Part shown: positions 8,460 to 17,471 of the stretch, in pieces
Numbering within the stretch: position 1 is the stretch's first letter
Layout of the letters: every line of letters starts with the position of its first letter
Source of the DNA: a virus
Lineage: Duplodnaviria; Caudoviricetes
Virus record (IMG/VR): IMGVR_UViG_3300028275_000007
Direction: 5' to 3' (one strand)
DNA length: 64,000 nt
The notes under the pieces: model-generated
What the model was told of the DNA's origin: nothing
The model's input: only the letters and a program-made list of their open reading frames with translations
Database searches by the model: none
Program-made: the position numbers and the translations under genes

Positions 8460-8496
8460 ATTATATTAACGTTCTAGCATACAAAAAAGTTGACAA
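8460..8496 (-). promoter_or_regulatory. TTGTCAAC-N17-CGTTAWTATAAT motif, copy 2
   Basis: TTGTCAAC-TTTTTTGTATGCTAGAA-CGTTAATATAAT upstream of ATG 8412. Confidence 0.55.
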
Positions 8497-8507
8497 ATAT
8501 TTTATCC

Positions 8508-8536
8508 AAAAAAAAAGGCTCCTAAGAGCCTTTTTT
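8508..8536 (-). terminator. Intrinsic terminator (potentially bidirectional)
   Basis: AAAAAAGGCTC-TTAG-GAGCC-T9. Confidence 0.85.
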
Positions 8537-8542
8537 GAATTA

Positions 8543-9958
8543 TTATTTTATCCAGGCATATAAGTGATATTGTCGGTTAGTACCGCCCCATGTACCTTCG
8601 TCAAGACCTGTAGAACCCCAACCTGTGTTTACGCTAGTTGGGCTTGAAGCATCGATTGGTCCCCATCCAGCGTAGTTCCAAATATCGCTAGAAGATGTCC
8701 ACTTAAATCCTCCGGTATTATAACTATTTCTAAATGTGTATCCGTCTACTTCGTCTGAGCCACCGTTATTGTGTCCGTACTGCATTTCGCCAATTAGTGT
8801 ACCGAATCTATAGTTTGGATAGTTTACATCATTTTGAGTACGTATATTGTTTACAAGGTTGAGATCAACTCCCCAATAATTACCTCGATCTTTGGTTGCT
8901 CTTAACCATGCTCGTAATTCAGAATTTAATCCAACTGCATATTTAAAATTAGCAAATGCTGGAGTTGTATAGCTAGCATCATTATCTGAATTTAAATATA
9001 GGTACGTTACGTTATTAACAATCGCAGCCGGTAATGCATACATAAACATAGCTGTTGTGCTGGTTAATGTATAGGTTGTACCAGAGTTGCCTGGATCTGA
9101 AATGGTTAAGCTACCACTCATAGGATCTCTGTAATGATACCAAAGCATATAGCCTGCACCGTTCATACTACAGTACATTCTTCTTGCCTGGCTAGTATCT
9201 GTGGTGTTGCCTTTAATCCAGTACCAATTAGATGCACCAGCACCTTGATAAGTAGCACTAAGATTATAAATTGTTTGTGCGTTGGTTGCTGCCAGCGCCT
9301 GTGATGAACCGTCTGCCCAACGTTTAACAATATTAAAAGTTTGAGGAGTTCCGTTGCTTCTAGAATCAGTTGCAGTTATCTGAACAGTACTATTTGTATC
9401 TGGTAATCCAAAAGAATATCCTGTGGCCGTTGGTGTGCCTGTGATTAATCCAGATGACGATAAACTAGTTCCTGTTGGCAAAGATCCAGAAGTCACTGCA
9501 TAAGTAACTGCTTCTCCTTCGCTGTCAGTAGCACTTAATTGAATAGACGTAGAAGAATCCGCTGCATAAAATGTAGGCAATGTAGGGTTCGTTACCCACA
9601 TAGGTGCAGTTCCGTAGTTTGTTGCTATCCCTGGGGGTGCAGTGGTTCTATTTGTAACTCCATAGATAACAGCATTTACATCACTAGATGACGATCTAAC
9701 GACCACGCTTTTGCCAGGTGATACCATTATACTTTGTTTTTCTAAAGTAGTTTTTGGATCTATTGGTTGGTCATAAACAATAAATTCACCGGCGGCTGGT
9801 GAGGTTGCACTTGTGCTAATAGCAACTCTTACGTTGGCTATGGTGCTTCCTCTATTACACAAATTGATAATAACGACACTAGGAGTATCGTAGGCATTTG
9901 TGTAAATTGCCTGATTAATATTTGGAAGTAAGGTCCAAGTTCCTAAAATACCGTTCAT
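8543..9958 (-). CDS. Putative virion adhesin: tail-adaptor-like domain + Ig-like domain + fibrinogen/lectin-like C-terminus
   Basis: Residues 1-102 resemble ORF 41724..42044; ATDSEGEAVTYAVTSGSLPTGTSLSSSGLITGTPT is a putative Ig repeat; WYWIK...MYCSMNGAGYML resembles a fibrinogen-like motif. Confidence 0.6.
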   Translation of the reverse strand: MNGILGTWTLLPNINQAIYTNAYDTPSVVIINLCNRGSTIANVRVAISTSATSPAAGEFIVYDQPIDPKTTLEKQSIMVSPGKSVVVRSSSSDVNAVIYGVTNRTTAPPGIATNYGTAPMWVTNPTLPTFYAADSSTSIQLSATDSEGEAVTYAVTSGSLPTGTSLSSSGLITGTPTATGYSFGLPDTNSTVQITATDSRSNGTPQTFNIVKRWADGSSQALAATNAQTIYNLSATYQGAGASNWYWIKGNTTDTSQARRMYCSMNGAGYMLWYHYRDPMSGSLTISDPGNSGTTYTLTSTTAMFMYALPAAIVNNVTYLYLNSDNDASYTTPAFANFKYAVGLNSELRAWLRATKDRGNYWGVDLNLVNNIRTQNDVNYPNYRFGTLIGEMQYGHNNGGSDEVDGYTFRNSYNTGGFKWTSSSDIWNYAGWGPIDASSPTSVNTGWGSTGLDEGTWGGTNRQYHLYAWIK

Positions 9959-9972
9959 TGATTATCCTTCTA

Positions 9973-11727
9973 TTACAGGCCTGCTAGTTCTCTGACTCTT
10001 GCTAGTTCAGCCAATTCAGGATTTTGTTCTGTAGTCTGCTCAGGAGCCATTCTTTCAACAAATTTGCGAGCAACCTGCTCTGCCTGCTCACCAAACTTCT
10101 TGCCTACCATTGTGCAAACACCTTCTGGGCCTTTGGGGAATGTACCTGATTCTTGGTCGTAAAATGAATGAATGAATTCAGCTAATTCTTTAACGCCCAT
10201 CTTGCCCTCGTGTCTTTCTTCTGGATCATCGCTGGCCATTTGTGGTTCTTCTGCAGGTGCTGCTGCTGGAACTTCTGCCGGTTCTTCTGCAGGAACTTCT
10301 GCTGCTGCTGGTTCTTCAGCTGCGGCTGCTCCCATATCGCCAAAGTCTAATGACTCTAGTGCCTCTGGTGCATTTAATTCTAACCAACCTTGGATTTGAG
10401 GGCGGACGTCTGCATTTGCATCTTCCGCCGCTGTTGCCTTAATTCGTTTGTATAATTCTGGATCTTCAATTAGGCCTTTTAAACTTTCAATTGCGTTTGT
10501 GCCATCTGTACCTGCAGGAAATTCTTGTCCAACTAATTCTTGTAATTTTTGTAAGGCTGATTGTTGTTCTTCTGGATCTTCAGAAGTTATAGCAGACTCT
10601 TCTCCAAGACCCATTACCCAGTTTTCAAACTTGGCAAATGGATCATCTTGTGTCTGCTCAACTTCGATGTCTTCTTGCATATCTTCTTGTGTTAAAGCGA
10701 CTATGTCGTCGTAGCCTATAGTGTTTCCTTCTTTCATTAGTCTATATAAGACCGGAAATACTGATGCAATGTCTTCTTTAAATGATCGTACTGTAAATTT
10801 TTCTTTGAAATCTTCAACTACATCCTGCGGTACTTCTTCGCTGTCATATGCCTGGAAATTTTCTCTATATGCTTCGTAGTGACTTTGTTTTGCTAGGGCC
10901 TTAATTTGCTCGCGTAGGCTATTTAGGTATTGTGTAGAACGTTCAACCACTGAATTTGTTTCTGAATTCATTAGATCGTTACGAACAACATAACCACCAA
11001 AGCTCTTTAATTGAGCAATTTCTTCACTCATTTGAATAATACTTTTACCAATGTCGTCATAGGGTACACCACCGTTGGCCACGTGGCGTTGCATAGCACG
11101 AGCACCAGCTAGGTGGATGAAAGGATATTTAAATCTTTCACCGTCTTGATTTTCTACAAAAAGTGCTGCAATGTGTCTTGTTCGTGCGCCAGGTTGTTGA
11201 TCATCCATTACTGCTTGACTATGTTTGATAATCAATTTAGTATCCATTAAATTCTGGTAACTCATTAATCTGCTACCGTACATTGAGCTTTCTGCCATAA
11301 TGCTTTCTCCGACTGGTTTCTGTATTGTGTTTGGTTGTGTTTGCTTAGGTTGCGCATTTGCAGCTAAAAATTCATAATCTCTACGATCTAAATTATCCTT
11401 AGCAATATCTCTTGTGTCAAATGCTAATAGTCTGCGTTTAGCAAATTCACGTAATTCTCGCAAAAACTTATACCAATTACCTTTCTGATGATCATCCATA
11501 CCTTCGGCAATTCCGTGACTGAAGTATACCTTCATAGAATTTGGTTCTGCTAGGCTAACACTAACGTGACCCATCGGTGTTTGACCTTCCATATAATCAA
11601 AATCAAAGAATCTAGCTTCTTCAGGATTGATGGTAATTTGGCCTGTTTCAGCACCTAATTTTAGGTTCTTAAAACGGCTTCTAATTTTATAGAATAAATC
11701 TGTAGCGATATTGTTTCTTGCGTCCAT
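9973..11727 (-). CDS. Hypothetical head-associated/internal protein (~584 aa)
   Basis: Start moved to ATG 11727, 5 nt after ATAAATA; acidic, with an AEEP low-complexity linker; ends ELARVRELAGL. Confidence 0.7.
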   Translation of the reverse strand: MDARNNIATDLFYKIRSRFKNLKLGAETGQITINPEEARFFDFDYMEGQTPMGHVSVSLAEPNSMKVYFSHGIAEGMDDHQKGNWYKFLRELREFAKRRLLAFDTRDIAKDNLDRRDYEFLAANAQPKQTQPNTIQKPVGESIMAESSMYGSRLMSYQNLMDTKLIIKHSQAVMDDQQPGARTRHIAALFVENQDGERFKYPFIHLAGARAMQRHVANGGVPYDDIGKSIIQMSEEIAQLKSFGGYVVRNDLMNSETNSVVERSTQYLNSLREQIKALAKQSHYEAYRENFQAYDSEEVPQDVVEDFKEKFTVRSFKEDIASVFPVLYRLMKEGNTIGYDDIVALTQEDMQEDIEVEQTQDDPFAKFENWVMGLGEESAITSEDPEEQQSALQKLQELVGQEFPAGTDGTNAIESLKGLIEDPELYKRIKATAAEDANADVRPQIQGWLELNAPEALESLDFGDMGAAAAEEPAAAEVPAEEPAEVPAAAPAEEPQMASDDPEERHEGKMGVKELAEFIHSFYDQESGTFPKGPEGVCTMVGKKFGEQAEQVARKFVERMAPEQTTEQNPELAELARVRELAGL

Positions 11728-11738
11728 AGTTATATTTA

Positions 11739-13325
11739 TCAAAACCCGCTGCTTACAAAGATAGGCAGCGGCATAGATTCCTCTGTAATTTTTTCAGTCA
11801 TTTTTTCGTAAACTGTAGGATCCCAATCTGCTAGTACGTCTGCCATACGTATGATCAGTAACGTAGAGCTCACTAGGTCGTCGTGTTCTCCTGTTTTGGC
11901 CTTAAAACCAAGTCCGCTGGCAACATACGTTTTTAACTCAGAAATCAGCGGTTTAGATGTAATTGTCATCTTATTAGTTTCTAGTAAATTTTTAAACTGA
12001 GAACAAGCAGTAACTTTACTGCGATGTGTAGTATTAAATCCTTTACGGAATTTACGAACGTGTCCTTTACGTATAGGCTCACTTAAGAATAAACCAGGAA
12101 AGTTTTCTTCTCCTATGTCGTTAATAACAATAAGAGCGGCTTCACCTAGAGAATTATTTTCAACAGAATAATAAATTTGCGGAACACCGCCTTTTTCTTC
12201 TCCGCGTGATTGAATGTATTTCAATATTTCACGCATATGTTTGACCTGTTGCTGTACTGGAGTAGTATTATGATGCCATTCCGCTACCTGAGTCATTGAG
12301 GGCATTTCAAAAACCTGTATAGCACCGTAGTCACCGCCTGTACCTAGACTAGGATCTAGAGCAACAAGATATGTGCATCTAGAATCTATATCTTTATACC
12401 AACGTGTTTGACCCATGGTCATAGTTGGATCAATTCCCTCTAATGCTGCAAGTTTAACTGAATTGATTAGTGTTTCGTCGAAGATCAAGAACTCACATTC
12501 AAACTCTCGGCGGAAACGTTCTTCACCAATTTTAGCACGTTCGACAGAGGCCCAGGCATCGTCGCGTAACGGGTTTTCACGCCAGTGAGCAAAGAATGGA
12601 AAGAATCCGTTAGGTCCTAATTTTGTCTCGTTGCCGTACTCGTCAAAACGTTTATTAGCTTCAGTCCAGATAAGAGCAAACTGATCTTCGTCCGAGTTTG
12701 GTGTTGATGTAATCAGTGCTTTACCACCTGTAGCCAATGTAGGAGATAGGGCAGTCCAAAACTCTTTGGCCTTTTCAGGTGGTTGAACAAATGCAAACTC
12801 GTCACAGTATATTAATGATAAAGACTTACCACGACCGGTGTTTTCTGTTGTTGTGGTAGCTTGAATACGTGCTCCGTTATCGTATTCGATTGTGTTTCTA
12901 TTGTATGAATAAACACCAGCACGAATAAAGTCAGGTAAGTTTTCGTAACCAAAACGGTAACGATCCATAATGTCTTTAGCACCTTCATATTTGTGTGCGG
13001 CAATAAGAACTTGGCAGTCTGGAACAAACATTGTGTACCACAGCAGGTAAGCAACTGCACAGGTTGTTTTACCCATCTGACGCGGTAACATTGCAATACA
13101 TTGCTTGTTTTCGTGATAGGCCTGTATTAGTCTAACCTGATATTCATAAGGTTCAAAAGGTATGCTACCTCTAACCGGGTGTTGAATTTTAATAAAGTTT
13201 CTAGCAAAGTACAACGGCCCGTTTACAGGATCCATACACTTTTCAAGATGTTCTACTTCCTCAAGTGTATACCTGGTTTGAGCGTGAGCTTTCTTAACTA
13301 AATTACCGTCTAATGATTTTGCCAT
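11739..13325 (-). CDS. gp17: Terminase large subunit
   Basis: MLPRQMGKTT (Walker A), LIYCDEFAF (Walker B), ITSTPN, nuclease ALDPSLG and HDDLV. Confidence 0.95.
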   Translation of the reverse strand: MAKSLDGNLVKKAHAQTRYTLEEVEHLEKCMDPVNGPLYFARNFIKIQHPVRGSIPFEPYEYQVRLIQAYHENKQCIAMLPRQMGKTTCAVAYLLWYTMFVPDCQVLIAAHKYEGAKDIMDRYRFGYENLPDFIRAGVYSYNRNTIEYDNGARIQATTTTENTGRGKSLSLIYCDEFAFVQPPEKAKEFWTALSPTLATGGKALITSTPNSDEDQFALIWTEANKRFDEYGNETKLGPNGFFPFFAHWRENPLRDDAWASVERAKIGEERFRREFECEFLIFDETLINSVKLAALEGIDPTMTMGQTRWYKDIDSRCTYLVALDPSLGTGGDYGAIQVFEMPSMTQVAEWHHNTTPVQQQVKHMREILKYIQSRGEEKGGVPQIYYSVENNSLGEAALIVINDIGEENFPGLFLSEPIRKGHVRKFRKGFNTTHRSKVTACSQFKNLLETNKMTITSKPLISELKTYVASGLGFKAKTGEHDDLVSSTLLIIRMADVLADWDPTVYEKMTEKITEESMPLPIFVSSGF

Positions 13326-13339
13326 ACTATTATTTAATG

Positions 13340-13367
13340 AAAAAAATAGGGCCCGGAGGCCCTATTT
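13340..13367 (-). terminator. Intrinsic terminator
   Basis: AAATAGGGCC-TCCG-GGCCCTATTTTTTT; the gp17 late promoter TTAAATA follows at 13331-13337. Confidence 0.85.
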
Positions 13368-13381
13368 GAGTGTTTATACAA

Positions 13382-13831
13382 TTAAGCGAATGTTAAACCA
13401 GTTAACGCTACGTCTGTAATTGTGATGTCGTTTTCGGCAACACCTAACGCTGCACCGATGACATCTTCTAGGTTTTCGTAAGAACCGTCTGCGCTTCCCG
13501 ATGCTGCATATCCATTTCCTGCATCTGTTTTGTTAATATTAACTAATGCAACAAATTGGTTAGCACCAGATGCTGTTGGTTTACCAACATAATAAATTTC
13601 AGATAAAGACTGTAGGGCAAAAACTGCTTTAGCTAAATTACTGTTAGCTGCTGCGGGAGTTGTTGTAAAGTCAATTGTTGCAGAAACAACTTTAATTGCT
13701 TGTAATTTTGGAGTACCAAAACTAGTATATGGTCCAACGCCTGATGCGCCGTCACCTAATAATTTTCTTGCATTACTGTCGACGTTACCTGTTAAACCGC
13801 CACCTAATGCGTCGCCGTATAAATCTGCCAT
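13382..13831 (-). CDS. Hypothetical virion protein
   Basis: 149-aa Ala/Gly/Thr-rich ORF with SD AAGGAG in the late operon. Confidence 0.6.
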   Translation of the reverse strand: MADLYGDALGGGLTGNVDSNARKLLGDGASGVGPYTSFGTPKLQAIKVVSATIDFTTTPAAANSNLAKAVFALQSLSEIYYVGKPTASGANQFVALVNINKTDAGNGYAASGSADGSYENLEDVIGAALGVAENDITITDVALTGLTFA

Positions 13832-14478
13832 TATTTCGCTCCTTTAGCTTCTTCTAATCTACGCAGTAATTCTGCTCTAATAGAAGCACGTAATTCTTCG
13901 CCTTCCATGGCCATTGGATTGTCGCCTTGACGATAGCTGTGTTTAACCATTTGTTTAGGTTTGTTTAAATCATTACCGTCCGGAATAGCTGCGCTAACAT
14001 CTTTAACTTCTGGCTCAGAACCTGGAACTGAATTTCCAAATGCTTCGTCTTCTTTATCTTCTTCGCCTTTTTCTTCAGGACCTTCTTCGCCGCCTACTTT
14101 TTCATCGTTGTCAGCATCCATATCAGGAAGCATTTTCAATGGGCCTTTGTCTAGATCGCCTAGACCGCCTAGCTTAGGCATACCGCCTTCTGGCTTGTCC
14201 ATTGGTTCAATTTCAATGTGTGGCATACCGCCCATTGGAGCAGCAGGCTTATCCATACCTGGGTTAACTGCCTTGATTAAAGATAATAGTTCTTCAATAT
14301 TATCTAAACCTTGTGCATTTAAGTTAACGCTCATACTTGGAGGAGGAGCATCTGGTTTACCCATATTGCCCATTGGGCTAGGAGGCATTTCTCCACACTC
14401 GTCTGTTACAACTGGAGCTGCCTCAACTGCTGGTTGATCAAGCTCTCTCATTCTTGCCATTAAATCATTAAAATTCAT
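13831..14478 (-). CDS. Acidic, Pro/Met/Gly-rich, probably disordered head-core protein
   Basis: Low-complexity centre with amphipathic helices at both ends. Confidence 0.55.
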   Translation of the reverse strand: MNFNDLMARMRELDQPAVEAAPVVTDECGEMPPSPMGNMGKPDAPPPSMSVNLNAQGLDNIEELLSLIKAVNPGMDKPAAPMGGMPHIEIEPMDKPEGGMPKLGGLGDLDKGPLKMLPDMDADNDEKVGGEEGPEEKGEEDKEDEAFGNSVPGSEPEVKDVSAAIPDGNDLNKPKQMVKHSYRQGDNPMAMEGEELRASIRAELLRRLEEAKGAK

Positions 14479-14479
14479 A

Positions 14480-15028
14480 TTAACTCCCTAAGGCGCTCTT
14501 AACGCCTGCTTTGTCTTGTTTGGCCTTAGGCAGCTTGTATTCTGTCTGCACACCGTCTTTTTTGCGTTCCTTGGCGGCCTTTGCTAAATCTTTCAAGAAA
14601 CTTTTATTAAAATCATCGCCGAAGTAGTCTTTGTGCTTTACCTTATCGTTGTAAGGCTCTGCTAATACTGATTCACCACTTGGTTCCATATCCGCTGTAT
14701 TGTGTTCTACTTCGCCTGCATCACCACCGTTTCTGACTCTAAAATTAGATTCTGGAACAAAGTATTTTACGTGTTCTGCAAGCTCAGGAGCAGTAATTGG
14801 ATATTCGCATACTACTTCAAATGTGTGAACTTCAACATTGCTTAGTTCCGGAAAATCTAGTGGAGTTGCTTGAATAGGTGTTTTAGATTTTTCAATGATT
14901 GCTGGATTTGCTTTTCCGATGCAATCTTTGAGTTCTTTAACAAAATTTTCAGGCAATTCGCCTGCTACCTTTAATCTAAAAGGGTAGCTCTTTTTGCTTT
15001 CGGCAAGATATTCTTTAAAAGTTTTCAT
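14480..15028 (-). CDS. Probable internal head protein with a capsid-targeting sequence
   Basis: N-terminus MKTFKEYLAE|S matches the T4 internal-protein CTS MKT[FY][QK]E[FY]. Confidence 0.7.
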   Translation of the reverse strand: MKTFKEYLAESKKSYPFRLKVAGELPENFVKELKDCIGKANPAIIEKSKTPIQATPLDFPELSNVEVHTFEVVCEYPITAPELAEHVKYFVPESNFRVRNGGDAGEVEHNTADMEPSGESVLAEPYNDKVKHKDYFGDDFNKSFLKDLAKAAKERKKDGVQTEYKLPKAKQDKAGVKSALGS

Positions 15029-15036
15029 AGTAGTAT

Positions 15037-15519
15037 TTATGCTTTTCCGCCTAATTTTTTCAGTAGCTCATTGCGGTCTGTGATCACATACCCTTGGCCG
15101 TTGATAACATCGTTTGGATCGTTACCCGCATCGTTATCAATTTTTAATTTTTTAAGTTGTAGGTCAACAGCTTTTAATTTCTTTTCAATTTTGTTAGTTT
15201 TAGCAGTAATAGCGTTGCCCATCATAGAACTAGCTACTTCAAAAATACGACTAGCATAACGTACTTCTACGTTCATACCTAAATCCATAAGATCGTCGTA
15301 GGCCTGCTCTGCTTTTTTAGCTAGGTTATCTAGCTCGTTTTCGTCTAGATTTTCTAATTCTTGTATCTGCGGCAACGTGCTGGTAATTTTAGCTACTTCA
15401 GCATAACTATCATCTAAACTTTTAACCTGCTCGTGGGTTGGAACAGGAGTAGTATCTTCAGCAGCCTTTACAGCCTCAGCTGAATCTAAGTTAAAGAGTT
15501 CTTCAAGTTTCTTGGTCAT
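15037..15519 (-). CDS. Possible terminase small subunit
   Basis: Helical protein with DLMDLGMNVE..ASRIFEVASSMM; lies near gp17 and gp4. Assignment tentative. Confidence 0.5.
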   Translation of the reverse strand: MTKKLEELFNLDSAEAVKAAEDTTPVPTHEQVKSLDDSYAEVAKITSTLPQIQELENLDENELDNLAKKAEQAYDDLMDLGMNVEVRYASRIFEVASSMMGNAITAKTNKIEKKLKAVDLQLKKLKIDNDAGNDPNDVINGQGYVITDRNELLKKLGGKA

Positions 15520-15526
15520 ACTTTAC

Positions 15527-15967
15527 TTATTTCCGTTTGCCGCCTTGGTGAAAAATATCATTTTCACTAACTACTCGAAATCTAACACCCTGTTGTTTGC
15601 ACCATTTATTTGCTGCTTCCCATTTGGCCATATTCTTAACATACTGTTCTTGGTTGTACAAGCTCTTGCCAACTTTTTCTAAAATAGTATGATTGCTAGG
15701 TTTAACTTCTACTACTTCGGCGTGTTTACTGCCATTCTTGTCAACATAGACAATAAAGAAGTCTGGGACATAGATTGTGCTTTTTCCTGTTAAGGGATCT
15801 CTATAAGGTATTTGTATACTTTCACTGGCCCAATTTTGTACGCCAGGATGTTCGTCAAGCATTCGCATAAAAACAAATTCCCAACTACTACGTGCCAAAG
15901 GAGTTTTTTTCCCAACATACTTGTCAGGATTTTTCATTTCAAATCTTCCCTGTGCAAATTTTGCCAT
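15527..15967 (-). CDS. gp4: Head completion nuclease, T4 gp4 (TnsA-like PD-(D/E)xK)
   Basis: SSWE..FM..LD....V..WASE.I.IPY, YVPDFF, VEVKP, N.AKWEAA..WC. Confidence 0.85.
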   Translation of the reverse strand: MAKFAQGRFEMKNPDKYVGKKTPLARSSWEFVFMRMLDEHPGVQNWASESIQIPYRDPLTGKSTIYVPDFFIVYVDKNGSKHAEVVEVKPSNHTILEKVGKSLYNQEQYVKNMAKWEAANKWCKQQGVRFRVVSENDIFHQGGKRK

Positions 15968-16332
15968 TATGCTGCTATGTTTCTTATCTGAATAGGTTTG
16001 ACGTCAGTTGTTCTAAATCCTAGTATAGAAGTTGGTACTCGATTGTTGTTTAAAACTTCACCTACTATTTGATTTAATTCTAAATAATTAAAATTTTTTA
16101 AAGTATCTAATAATTGACCCACAGGAATCGAATCTATTTTGGCCTGCCTTAACAAAGTCATTGCAACTACATCGGCAGCATCTTTTGAAAATCCCGCAGA
16201 TTGAAAAAATGAATGTGCTAGGTCAATTTCCATTGACGAAAATTCCATCGGAGCTTCGCCATATCTTTCAAAAAATAGTTTTGTTCCGGCAGCACTATCT
16301 TCTACAACTTGACTGGGTAAATTTGTTGCCAT
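15967..16332 (-). CDS. Hypothetical protein
   Basis: 121-aa ORF translationally coupled within the late operon. Confidence 0.65.
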   Translation of the reverse strand: MATNLPSQVVEDSAAGTKLFFERYGEAPMEFSSMEIDLAHSFFQSAGFSKDAADVVAMTLLRQAKIDSIPVGQLLDTLKNFNYLELNQIVGEVLNNNRVPTSILGFRTTDVKPIQIRNIAA

Positions 16333-16333
16333 A

Positions 16334-17410
16334 TTAATTTCCTGTTAGATTTCTTTGTGATGCAGTAGTTGTATTTTCTGTTGATGCACTCTTTGGAAAT
16401 ATTGCGCCAACAACACCTCCAACTGTGGATACTGCTGATGAAATATTTCCAGGATTACTTAGAATATTAATTGCTTCAGATTTTAATTGTGCTGTAGATA
16501 ATTGTTTAACATTTTTGTATGTGTTAACTGCTTTGATAGCAGTACTCATAAATCCACCCCAACTATCAAATGCTGTTCCGTCACCTACTGCACCGAACAC
16601 TGATTCTAGTCCGTCTAGTACACCGCCTTCACCTGTTAGTGTGGCCACGCCTCCGCCGGCAACTGAGATAGGACTTGGTGTTGTATCGTAATGAAGATTT
16701 GCAAAACCTTTAGGATTATTGTATGACACAGTTCCTGCTGAATATTTTACAGCTTCGTATTCTAATGTCATTTGACTTTCATTAAATTCTGATGCAGAAT
16801 AGTCCATAGCACCGTGTTGCCAAGATTTGATTCTTGGATTCACTAGTGTATATCCGATGAATCGTCGTCGACTCATTGTGTATATACTCACTGAATTAAA
16901 AAATGGATCGGATACATCGTTATCTAAACCGTATCGGAATAGATCTAAATTAGTGTTTGCAGGTCGAAGATGTGTAGCTGAATATGCTGCATTAGGATTC
17001 AATCTATCAGCAATATAATAGCCATAGTATATTGCCCATAACGCATTAACTACTCCGTCACTGTCGTCGTGTAAGGATATATTAATTGGCTCGTAGTTAA
17101 TGCCTTTGTATACAAGTTTTTTTCTATTATATTGATTTTTAACAATAGAATCAAAATTAAATTTTGGTAAATCGCAAGACTTTACCAACATCCCAACTTC
17201 TTGAGAATTTTCATTTGACCATCCAGGAGACCTAATTGTATGTTTGTTTAAATCAAATCTAACATAGTATAAAAATTTAGTCTTGGGTGATAATCTAAAA
17301 GAATTATCAATGAATAGTCGTGTGGCGTGTTGCCAATTGGCTTGTTGTCCTTTGGGATTTAATAATCCTTCAGATACACCGGTAAGGAATCTAGTAAAGT
17401 AGTTGGCCAT
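16334..17410 (-). CDS. Tail-tube-like baseplate protein (gp48/gp54 type)
   Basis: VKSCDLPKF..NQYNRK...YEPINISLHDD tube-fold motif; adjacent to gp19. Confidence 0.6.
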   Translation of the reverse strand: MANYFTRFLTGVSEGLLNPKGQQANWQHATRLFIDNSFRLSPKTKFLYYVRFDLNKHTIRSPGWSNENSQEVGMLVKSCDLPKFNFDSIVKNQYNRKKLVYKGINYEPINISLHDDSDGVVNALWAIYYGYYIADRLNPNAAYSATHLRPANTNLDLFRYGLDNDVSDPFFNSVSIYTMSRRRFIGYTLVNPRIKSWQHGAMDYSASEFNESQMTLEYEAVKYSAGTVSYNNPKGFANLHYDTTPSPISVAGGGVATLTGEGGVLDGLESVFGAVGDGTAFDSWGGFMSTAIKAVNTYKNVKQLSTAQLKSEAINILSNPGNISSAVSTVGGVVGAIFPKSASTENTTTASQRNLTGN

Positions 17411-17427
17411 ATTAATATTTATGCCAC

Positions 17428-17458
17428 AAAAAAAGCCCGGTTTAACCGAGCTCTTTTT
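17428..17458 (-). terminator. Intrinsic terminator after the tail tube gene
   Basis: AGCTCGG-TTAAA-CCGGGCT followed by a T-run. Confidence 0.8.
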
Positions 17459-17471
17459 GAACTAACGTTAA

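Noticed and set aside
8543-9958. Diversity-generating retroelement target (lectin-like C-terminus)
   Set aside because: No reverse transcriptase, no near-identical TR/VR repeat pair and no adenine-specific mismatch pattern were seen in the window.
10240-10335. Short GCA/GAA-rich tandem-like DNA
   Set aside because: It encodes an A/E/P linker (AAAAEEPAAAEVPAEEP); ordinary low complexity.
11728-11742. ORF-track upstream starts (11742, 1305, 8212, 22636, 23402, 26352, 37396, 39157)
   Set aside because: Downstream ATG/TTG starts fit the SDs, promoter spacing or ATGA coupling better, so the coordinates were adjusted.
4988-13325. Introns or inteins in uvsX and terminase
   Set aside because: Both have normal length and uninterrupted motif spacing.
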